Assembly (NCBI GenBank): GCA_029953675.1
Contig: JAMWBK010000013.1
Coordinates: forward strand, 868,001-932,000
DNA: 64,000 nucleotides
From: Rhodosorus marinus CCMP1338
Taxonomy: Eukaryota; Plantae; Rhodophyta
Direction of reading: 5' to 3'
The notes beneath the pieces are model-generated. The model was not told the origin of the DNA. It saw nothing but the letters and a program-made list of their open reading frames with translations, and made no database searches. Position 1 is the first letter of the stretch; each line of letters opens with the position of its first letter. Positions 12,861 through 23,069 of this stretch are shown here, piece by piece. A program made the position numbers and the translations under genes.

Positions 12861-13222
12861 TCCCCTGAAGAGAGATCCAAAAGCAAAAGGAGAAAAGGTT
12901 GATCGACTGGATCAAAAAAATCCTCAAAGTTTCGCCATCTCTGTTGGAGCAAAAAGCCATCGGAAAAAATACCTTCAGAACTGTTCCCCACCTGGTCCTT
13001 GTCAACTTGCCAGTTGGGAATCTTGAAAACTATCGTCGTCATAAGGATTCTGCTGAGACCACAAGGTACTGCCAGTTCTTATCAGGACCTTCTCTCCGTT
13101 TCCCCGTGAGCGAGACATGAATCGGTATAATTTGTTTGCAAGCCTTGTATGATCTCAAGATCATCCACATCGAACGTCAAGCTCAGCTGCTTCGTGCTTC
13201 GATCCTTCTATTATAGAATTCG
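12861..13222 (-). pseudogene. SF3A2: Decayed direct duplicate of SF3A2 exon 3, intron 3 and the start of exon 4
   Basis: Aligns by eye to ~11671-12022, e.g. AGCACGAAGCAGCTGAGCTTG, TACCGATTCATGTC, TTCAAGATTCCCAACTGG, and intron ACCTTTTCTCC; frameshifted. Confidence 0.85.
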
Positions 13223-14128
13223 AAGGCCGCAGAATGATGACGACTTTTCTCAGCTGCGAGCTACTGCGAGGAAGTCCCAGGCTAAAGCAGTGCGGTAATA
13301 ACGACAATACGCGATCTTGCAAGGACACCAACTGGTCGAACGCGCGGGCATAGACATAGGCCGACGAAGAAACGTTTATCCCGATGATGATAATGATAGA
13401 TACCATTCTGATCCAACGACTGCGAGACGTCCTGAATCGAAGTACTGTAGCAACCACTGGGGGATGTCCATCCAACCAAACGATCGACCGTTTGGACTCC
13501 GAACAAGAGTTCTCTTGACCCGAAAATGATGATGGTGACCACGAGGACTTGCCCCATGAGGGCAAACAACGAATTCAGGCGGCCGTAACTTGAACATAAC
13601 GTGAACCTTCACCTACTGGTCACCCCAAAACCACACAAACGATCGACACGTAACCCTTTGGAGTTGGCATTCGAGCAAAGCCGACTGCTATCGGAGAGGA
13701 CAGAGAGCTTGTTCTTCCCTCTTAAGCACAGTTAGAAACATTCTAGCTCGTCTCGATCATTGCTTTTGGGACGCAGAGACGTCGCATGTTATAGCTCTCG
13801 CCAGCTTGGACTTGGCCTATTAACAAGACGAAATGGTGTAACACTCTGTGTTTGCTAGCTCATTCGGCTACTGGCAAGCCAGGACTGCCAGTGAACGAGA
13901 GTCAAACCCTGTTCTTAATGTGTTTCTTAATCTCTTTGTCTTCTCAAACAAACAATAAGAGCCTTCTAGATAAAAACGGTTCCCTAGGCCTTTCGTCTGC
14001 GTCAGCTAGGTCTCGGTGGTGGGGTCGTGACCGAAGAGACGAGGAGGACCGCGGAGGGAGAAAAAAAATCCGATTGAAACCTCTCTTCCATAAAAAAAAA
14101 GCAGCGGGGTTGATGTAGTAAGCAAGAC

Positions 14129-15377
14129 TTAGGTGCGCGCTTTCATTGCACCCATGAACTTGTTCTTCTCCTCGGAAGTCTGGAATCGTCCGTGTCCCCA
14201 CTTGGATGAAGTATCGATAAACTTGATACTGATCTCCTCCTGTGCAACTCTAGAGGTCTGAGGGAACAAGGTCTTTCGAAGAGTTATCACACGCTTCTTC
14301 GGGCCAAGAACACACCCTCTAACCATCACGAAGTCTTCCTTCACAATTCCGTAATGAGGGAAGCCACCAATTGGAGTGATCTGCTTCTCGGTCAAGTCGT
14401 ACTTGGTGGTGGCGTTCTTCGGGTCCGTACCCTCTCCGATGCGATACACCTTTAGATTGGTCTGAGTTCGATGATGATATCCGTTCTGTCCCGCACGGGG
14501 AACGGTGTACTGTACTCTTGCCGGATGCCAGGCTCCAATACACGCAACCTTTCTCAAACCACGGTGAGTCTTTCGTGGGAGACGAGTGACTCCCCAACGG
14601 GTAATAACACCTTCGTAGCCCTTTCCCTTAGTTACTCCGATAGCGTCGATCATCTCGTCCTTATCGAAAACATCCTTGATAGTCACGGTCTTCTCGAACA
14701 GACCGGTGCCGAAATCCACCTTATCGGACACAGAGCCTCCTACATGACGAAGAAACATAAACCCCCGCAAGTCAGTTACCGGCACGGCTCAAAGCTGGGG
14801 GAAGCATCCTTTCCCCTGTCTTACCATTCACCTGGATCTCAACAACATCTGCCTTCTTCTGGCGGAGGTTGAGCTTTCGCATCTGAGAGTGAGCAATGAC
14901 TCTCACAACTGTGCAGTGCTTCTTAATCATATCAATATTGGCCTGGTAGTCACCCCCCTCGCCGTACATGGTCTTTGCATACTTCTTGAAAGCCTTCTTC
15001 TTAGACAAATGCCAGTTCTTGTAGAACCTTCTAATGACCTCATCGTTCAAATGCTGAGCGAAAACGGTGTTCAACGTTCGAAGCCCACGCGGAGTCTCGA
15101 CGTATCCCACAATTCCAACGATCACCATTGGAGGAGTCTCCATCACCGTCACGGCGTCCACCACCTCCTTCTTGTGAACCTTGGATCCAGGCTTATCCAC
15201 GTCCCTCACCACATGCGTCATTCCAGCCTTGTACGACAGAAACGCCGTCAAGTGACACGCCTTCGAAGGATCATCCTTGGGAAACGACTTTATCCTTCCG
15301 CGGTGACTCCTCGACCTCTTCCTCGGAAGAAACCCAAGCGATCCATGTCGCGGAGCTTCAAACTTACGGTGAGACAT
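14129..15377 (-). CDS. RPL3: 60S ribosomal protein L3 (uL3); 1 intron (14740-14824)
   Basis: [22 protein letters not shown] ... EIQVNG|GSVSDKVDF ... [30 protein letters not shown] ... [14 protein letters not shown]. Confidence 0.99.
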
Positions 15378-16827
15378 CCTTTCCTCCCCCTTCCTCCTGC
15401 CCACAACAATATCCAAAAATAACCCTCCCAAAGTTCCTACCCTCCTAACGCCCTCCCACCAGTCCCAAAGCTCCCCCTCTCTCAACCAACTCATCCCCAA
15501 TACCCAATACATACCCAAACAGTGTCCCACTCCATCCCCGTCAACGCCGGTTTCCTTCACATCGAAAATTAAAAATACCATACCCCCCCCCTTTTATCAA
15601 ACCTGTCTCAATAACCGTTTATACATTTAAAAGTCATAAACTGATAATATTCATAATACATTTATATTAAAGTATTACTCATCAACTGCGTAAAATACTT
15701 ACATAATTTTAATATCTAAAAATTCTTATACAGTAATATACAGTATAAATATTATACAAGTGACAATTAACAATGTTTTATACGATTTCAGGAGGGGGTA
15801 GGAATGGCAGAAAGGTTGCTCAAGTTAAACATGGAACTCCCGGGGTCGTTTTTGGGTATATTTTTGGGGTCGTCCATTGCTGCTTAAGGAGGGAGTTTTA
15901 TTGATTTTTTGCGTCTTTTTTCTATTGTTTTCTTTTGGTCGCCGACGACGGCGTTTTTACAGAACACATGAAACAAAATTAATCAAAAACTCGTCTTTCT
16001 GGATTGATAGTGTTGATTAATTAAAATAATAGTATATAATACAGATTGCACAATACGTTCTTAACGAATGAATGAGTTTTTTCAGAGTTATATTCAATCA
16101 TTATAGTGTTTCGTCGAAGTACGGGATTTTGGCGATGTATTCGAGGAATACGTCAAGGACAGCTGTATAGATATATATTATTTATACATATCGAAAGATA
16201 TATATGAAAATGGTAAGATATGGTTCGATATGTATGCAATAGTATTTATCTAAAGATATGTGGAAGAATCTGGGATAGTTTTTTTTATAATCTGTTGGAG
16301 TTTGTGTTTTGTGTTTAAATTTTCCGGGTTTTTGATCGAGGTGGGTTTTTTTTTTCCTCTGCACAGGACAGTTTGGTTAGTGGAACTGGATCGGGGCAGA
16401 CTGGGGTTGGCTAGGTCCATGAGGGTGGATGGGGAAGGTTAAGATTGAATCCGATCTTGAGGTTCTCTTTCTTCTGTTTTCGTGGTTGAAAGGAACCGAA
16501 TCCTTTTTTATTTCTTATTATGCATGGCTCTGTGGCATCTGATGGAGATTCTATTGGGCCATTTCAGTTGATCGTGGCAGCACGGACGCTCGACTGGTGC
16601 CTGCGAATCGATGTGGCATTGGAAGTTGAGCTTCAGCTGGGTTTTGATGGTGGGAATCAAGGCATTTGCTGGTCCCTGCGACAGTACAGGGCCTTTGGCA
16701 GAGGGCTACATGAGAATCATATGAGAACTTTTTGTTGTAACTGCTTTTGTCCCTGTTTGTTCCCTGGCCGTCTGTTCGACGATGTGTCACTCGTTAGTCT
16801 CCATCTGTCGGGTGATAGTCTTCCCTC

Positions 16828-18132
16828 TTAGGAAAGTATCTCGGCCGTTTGAGGGAGCACCATATCACACCGCTCGTGCAGTCTCAATGATTCGAGTCCG
16901 GTGTTGTCCACTCTTGTTTCACCAATATTGACCACCGCAATTGGGATGTGCTTCTTCGCCGCGTGGAGGATTAAGCTGAACGCGCTGTATACTTGAACTG
17001 AACTTCCCGCTATCACAAGACCGTTCGAACTGTCCACTATCCCGAACGCGGCCGTCCTACTCTCCACGGCTACGCCATCACCGAAAAAGACGACATCCGG
17101 CTTCATAACGCCGTTGCAGACGGCACAAGGCACAACCTCCAAACTATACATTAGCTGAGAATTGACATCTGCGTCACCATCCGGTCTCACCGAGGGATCC
17201 CCGGCTTGGAATCCCATCGAGTTCAATTCTCCTACCCACGATGCGTTCTTTTCCACCATCTCCGTCTCATACTCAAGTCTTGGTCGTTTGGTACCGCAGG
17301 ACAGGCACCTAACTATGTGTCCCGTTCCATGTAACTCGACAACCGTCTCTGACCCCGCTCTTGAGTGCAGTCCATCCACATTCTGAGTGATTAAACCCTC
17401 AACAAAGCCCCTTCTCTCCAGATTTGAGAGCGCATAGTGTCCAATGTTCGGCTTCTTCGAAGCAAAGGTTTTGTATCCAACCAAACTTCTCGACCAGTAC
17501 CTCTGTCGATTCGATTCCTTGTCTACGAACTCGTTGTGGGTAATCGGCTTGTGTCCTAGCACCGTTTTGGACGGTCGTTCGGGACCGATAAACATTGAGT
17601 TATAACGGAAAAATCCCGATAAGATCACGGCCGGGATCAGCTCACCTTTTGAATAAGCGCCGGTAGGACTGCGGTAGTCCGGAATGCCACTCGCGGTACT
17701 CATTCCAGCGCCAGTGATGAACGAAACTCTCTTACATTGACGAATAAACTTCGCCAAAGCCTGCGACGCCTGAGTCACGTTCCCATCCCCTTCCGGTATG
17801 ACGAAGTCGGTCGCCAAGTCCGCTTGTGCGGGCTGCTTGGCCACCGCAATGCGGACGTTGCTCGTCGAAAAAGAAGCTCGACGTTGCCCCAACTGCACCT
17901 GCAGAGAAGGAACGAACAACTGACGGCTTTTGATCATCATCCCTCCTGGTTGTTGCTCCAACAGGAAAGAAACGATGCACCGCCCATCAACATTCCCCAA
18001 GCGAGACCGTCCCCAGCTAGTCGCAATGGCATCCACTACACACCCATCCAGCGAAAACCTTCCACCAACACGTGCGAGCTCTTGACATTTGCTCAACACG
18101 GATGTGGTCAGTTGGAGCATAATGGCTTGCAT
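16828..18132 (-). CDS. SIRT4: Class II sirtuin (SIRT4/SRT2-like), probably mitochondrial; in-frame intron 17556-17645; start uncertain
   Basis: TGAGMSTASGIPDYRSP, RQRYWSRS, KPNIGHYAL, LITQNVDGLH, ELHG, Zn ribbon CLSC/CAVC, MKPDVVFFGD, GSSVQVYSAF, NIGETR. An alternative start lies at the MM near 17940. Confidence 0.93.
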   Translation of the reverse strand: MQAIMLQLTTSVLSKCQELARVGGRFSLDGCVVDAIATSWGRSRLGNVDGRCIVSFLLEQQPGGMMIKSRQLFVPSLQVQLGQRRASFSTSNVRIAVAKQPAQADLATDFVIPEGDGNVTQASQALAKFIRQCKRVSFITGAGMSTASGIPDYRSPTGAYSKGELIPAVILSGFFRYNSMFIGPERPSKTVLGHKPITHNEFVDKESNRQRYWSRSLVGYKTFASKKPNIGHYALSNLERRGFVEGLITQNVDGLHSRAGSETVVELHGTGHIVRCLSCGTKRPRLEYETEMVEKNASWVGELNSMGFQAGDPSVRPDGDADVNSQLMYSLEVVPCAVCNGVMKPDVVFFGDGVAVESRTAAFGIVDSSNGLVIAGSSVQVYSAFSLILHAAKKHIPIAVVNIGETRVDNTGLESLRLHERCDMVLPQTAEILS

Positions 18133-18740
18133 CAGCAGTTCGACGAAGAGTTCTGATGAGGTGCGGTATTGTCAATCATTGCTCAATTCGGAAAGGAGCT
18201 TCCTGACGGATAAGTGATCAGCAGTCCTTACTGCAGCCTTGAGCTGTACTTTTGATCTCTTTGGGGGCTGACTGGTCTGCCATGAGGTTGATCTATACTT
18301 GTTGGGGAGTTGGGAGTCTGTGATCGACGTCTTGAGGACTTGGCCAGAGTACAAAATAGAGAGGGAACATCACTTTGAGGGTCCATCATTCAGTTCAACT
18401 CGTATGCTTTTCCTTTTTCTTTCTGGTTTGAAATCTCTATACTCCTCTCTTCCGCCGCTTATTCTCTAGTGACTTAAAAATCGCTTTCTTCTCCAAATTC
18501 AGCATTCTCCTGTACACGCTTTCCTGCTTGGAATGGAAAGTGGACGTGACATCTAATATTTCTCATACCCAGTGATCAGCCGATTTCATGCGCTCAACGC
18601 TATCCAGAACACCAGCCAGCTACAGCCCTTAAAATCCTCTACGTTGCCCATGCGTGTAGGCGACCAACATCACGATCCAGACGGCCAAAAATAAAATTGA
18701 GCGCCAGAAACCGCCCGCGCTCCCGGCAAATCTTCACGCC

Positions 18741-21487
18741 CTAGTAGTACGAGGGGAAGTACGGATGCTGACCGTTTCGCGTGGACTGATAGTATCCAGT
18801 CGACGCCCCTTGTCCTTCTCCATGCATCTGATCGGGAGCAGCGTGGGAGTCCGCAGGAGGGGGGGGGGCTGGACCACTTGCGTGCAAGTGACCGCCTTCC
18901 GTGTTGCCATAGTACGACTGGTTCATATCACGGCCTAGCATCTGAGAGCGCTGAGCGTGAGAATCCGCCTTCAGCTGGCCCGCTCCGAAGCCCTTAGGGT
19001 CATTTGCACTTCCGAAGGTGGTGCCACGGCCGGGGTCCAGCTTTTCTGAGACTCCAGCTTTGCTCCACTCCACGTTTTGGTGTGATGCATACTCAGGTAT
19101 GTAAGATTGCCCTGGTGCTGCATTGGCACCAGATCTCTGCTTGTAATGGTCCGACTCTTTCGACCCTCCTTGCGAGTCTTGTACCAACTGCGAATTTTGC
19201 CTATGGCCTCCTTGCTGCTGGGTCTGCTGCTGCTGCTGCATGTCGTGCATCATCGGGACGCCAAGGAAAACTGGCTGATACATGGCGTTGTCAGGTCCTT
19301 CGCTGTGTCCATGGCTATACCCTCCTTCTTCCAATCCGTCCACCCTTCCCGAGCCCTGATTCGGTGGCGGGCCCGCGTTCGCATATTGTGGATAAGTTCC
19401 AGGGGGTCCCATTGCCGTGCCGGCGTAAGGACTATGTGGGAACGCGTACACCGACGGGTAGGGTGCGAAACCAGGTGCCATCATGTACGGGTTGAAATGG
19501 CGGCCGTCCTGGTGCTCATGTTTTCCCGCCGCGCCTCGTCCACTTCTAGAACTCGTTTGATCATCGCCTCGAGTAGGCGCTACTTTTTCATCCCGGTAAG
19601 TTGGCGACGGCACCATACCAATTACGGACGGGTCATAGAAGCTTTGCATCTGCGCCGAGGGGACTCCGCCTTGTGCATTCGTCTGCGGTTCGTACTGAGC
19701 GTACTGAATCGGCATCATGCCATACGGCTGCGGTGGTCCCTGCATGGAGTATCGATCGCCGTGAGCGTACATACTAGCAGTCCCGCTCTCATCCCGCGGT
19801 TTATCCGCGGTCTGCTCTTCAAATGTAGAAGTTGTAGTGGATGGCTTCACAGGGACGGACATTTCTTCGACACCATTGTACTGTCTCGGTCCCGTTGGCC
19901 CGGCTGGCGGCTCCGGCTTGATTGGGGCTTCCGTTTTCCACTCTCCCTCGGCGACCTTCGGGCCCCCCTTTGAGGGACCACCGGCATCTTCTCCATTCAA
20001 CGCAAAGGAACCGAACTGCAACCCAAGTTGATCTACGCCGAGCGGATTCAAAGCCGGCTTGTGATGGGCATCATCTTTTGCGGTCGGAAGGATTTCCGGA
20101 GTCTCCACTTCAGGAGGTATCGCCGTCGATTCCGCGTTGGTGCCCCTTGGTAAGGGTGCCCATGACGACATTAATACGCTCTGATCCCCTGTAACCTCAG
20201 CCGGAAGAGTAGATTCCGCCAGAACACCTTTCGTACTCTCGAGCTCCCGACTGACAAGAGGCTCCTCGGGCGTTGGGTCAATAGCTTTGGTAGTAGTCTC
20301 CGCTGTGAGAGGAGATCTGGCCAGCGGAGCAGTGGCATTCAACACCGACTGACCACCGTGCTCAGTGCTCGTTCCGATCAGCCCTGCTTCCTCCGGTATC
20401 TTCGTCTTGACTGCGTGACCAGCTCCACCCGCAACCGCCGCGCGGAAGTTGAGTTCTCGTTTTCCTGCTGGTCGGGACTCGATAGTAGATATTGTGTTGA
20501 CGGGAACCCGCGTGCTTGCCGAGTCAGTAAGAGCTGAACTATTATCTTCAATCGCACCCGCTGCAGAAGATCCTCCTACTCCCGACTTTGGATTCGCAAC
20601 TTTGCTTGTTTCCTCCTCCGGTAAGCCCCATGAGGCTGCTGGCTGAGTAGGAACCAGATCATCCTGTTTCGACCAAGAATCCTCGATCCCCCCCGGACTT
20701 GGTCCCCATCCACCATCCTGAAGTCCTGAGGAACAGAGTTAAAGTTCCAGCTTCTAATCAGAAAATCTGGTGAGAAGCAAGAGTGTACTCGCACACACTA
20801 GAAACTACAATGTGAAATGGAGGTAAACTCAAACTACTCGATTTCGTGACATACCCTCATTCGATTCAGGCTGTATCCCTGCCGGAGTTCTACCGGGTAG
20901 TGCCCATTCCCGCAGTTTTTCGTTGCTCTGCGATACGTCCCAGTACGAATCGGCCTTCGCGTTCGCCCACGCGGGTTCGGGTTCGTGGGGAGGTTTTCGG
21001 CCAGATACCGTCTCCCTATCCCCTCTATTTGCATTGCTATATCCACTTTTCGGTCTCCTTCCTCTACCTCCACGGGAACCCTGACCGCCGCGATAATTGT
21101 CTCTCCCTCCTCCGGAAGTGGACGTCCCGGGGCCGTTTGGTGCACGATCATAGGATGTGTAGCTACCCCCCTTTTGATTTCCGCTACGTTCACGGTTGGA
21201 AGATCTTTTTTCCACAGGCTTTTTCCTGGTTGTTACCTCTGACCATCCATCCTCAGCTCCTGTTACAGTATAAGCGTTCCAAAATCATACTCGCCCAATT
21301 AGTAACTGCTCCCCATCCTTGCTTTCTGAAAACTAGGCGTACCACTTAAAAAGCGATCAATCGCAACTTGCACATCCATTTTGCATTCCCGCAATACCCG
21401 ATGCGCGTCTTCGCGATCGACGTTGCAGATCTCCACGATCTGGTCGATTGCCTCAGCCGGGGCGTCATCCTCCGCATTTCCAGGCAT
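18741..21487 (-). CDS. UBA/CUE-domain, RGG- and Pro/Tyr/Gln-rich protein resembling UBAP2L/Lingerer/GIP1; 2 introns
   Basis: N-terminal UBA-like IDQIVEICNVDREDAHRVLRECKMDVQVAIDRFLSG spliced to GAEDGWSEVTTRKK; RGG tract GGQGSRGGRGRR; LGLQFGSF motif (~20005-20030); prion-like C-terminal half. Confidence 0.7.
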
Positions 21488-23069
21488 TTTTTCTATTGAA
21501 GTAGTCTAAGAGCTTGCAGCCTCCTTGATTCCTAGGCCGAATTTGAACAACTACGGCTCCTACTAAGAGAAAACGAAAAAGCATCTCCACACTCAGACTG
21601 AAAAGCAAAGATGGATTGAACACGGAATCCACAGATAGATCCAACAAAAAGCCGCTCCAGAATCGCTCCCATACAGAAACAAAATTCAATTCTCCAAAAA
21701 AGCCCGGAGTGAGCGATCACACATACCTCCTCCTGACGGATCCTTCCACACCCGCTTCTAGGCCAACGCAACCCCGCCCCGCCCCTCTCTCAACTCCTCA
21801 ACGCGCCCTCCTACCGTTCCATCTACAATCCATCAAAACAAAACCAAAATCTCCCTCCCCTTCAGCCCCGCTTTCGAAAAACCAAAATCCTCCCACCCAC
21901 CCACAACCCCGCCGGCGCACCAACCCAAACCCGAACCACAAAAAAATCTCCCCCACCCCAACACGCACAAACCCCACCCAACCTTTCCCCTTCCCCTTCC
22001 CCTTTAAGAAAACAAAGCAAAAAGATCCGGAAAAAAATCCCTTTAACCTTCCCCCCTTCCCTCTCCCCCCCTACTCCACCAAGCAAACCCTCTCCCTCTT
22101 CCACACCTATCCAAACCAAACTCTCCTTCCTAAATCCATGCTCATAGATCTCCTTGCTCCCTCCAAAATCCACATACCAATTTACCTCTCCCCCTCCAAC
22201 CCCTCGCCCTTTCCGAGGGGGGCCTTACGCGGGGCTTCAGGTGGAAAAAGGCAAAGCCCTTTTTCTCCTATCACCACCTTCACCGACAACAAAAGAAAAA
22301 AGTGACACCTGTAATATCCTTTTTTCCAGTCCTTAACCAACCTTCCATTCTCCACCCCTCTCACCCCCGTAACCAAATCCCATTCAACATCTATTTCGTT
22401 ATTATCAAAAACAATTTAAATGTTTTAAGAACACAAACGCCATCATTTGGATAGGGCCAGAGATTTGAAAGAAAATGATGAGTTCTCATCTTCCCCCCGA
22501 GCCCCACCGGTTCCCTCGTTTACTATTCTCTCTGAAACACCTATTTTTGGTAATTTAGATATTTTTAAGACCGGGTTGATTAAGAATTTTCATGAAGGGA
22601 CAATTTCTAGTTTGCGGGAACGGATAACCCCCCTATGGTAAATGTATAATATTGAACAAATGTTGTTTTTGGACATTATTGGGGGTATGGAGAGGGGGGT
22701 ATGATTTGGCAGTAAACCGTATCTCGGTACGGTGGACGCTCTCAGTGGGACGGGATTTATTTTCCTGCTGGTTTTTTTTTATTTGCGGCGGCGGAATTTT
22801 CTTGGAAAAAAGTAGGGGGGTATCGTCCGGTAGAAGTATTGAAATATAGGTGTTTATGACAATATTGAATGCCAAAGGTACCATTCTGGTAGCGGGGGTG
22901 TGAGAAATAGAATTTTACAATTGACGTGGAAATGGGACAGTTCGTTTTGGGACACCGCCGTTGATCTCGATGTGTCCCAACCAAGATGTTTTGTCTTTTG
23001 TTTATTTATTTTGGGGGGGTTCGATATTATCTGCATGGCAATAAATATAGAATTGGTTCATTGGATGGA

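Noticed and set aside
16520-16831. ORF with CCNCFCPC (PLAC8-like Cys motif)
   Set aside because: The rest of the PLAC8 pattern is missing and the ORF ends on the sirtuin stop codon; probably chance, though a G-rich flank upstream means transcription is not excluded.
21616-22305. 229-aa Pro/Lys/Thr-rich ORF and similar ORFs in C- or G-rich flanks (30003-30701, 36412-37038, 56346-56975)
   Set aside because: Low-complexity products of the skewed promoter flanks, not credible proteins.
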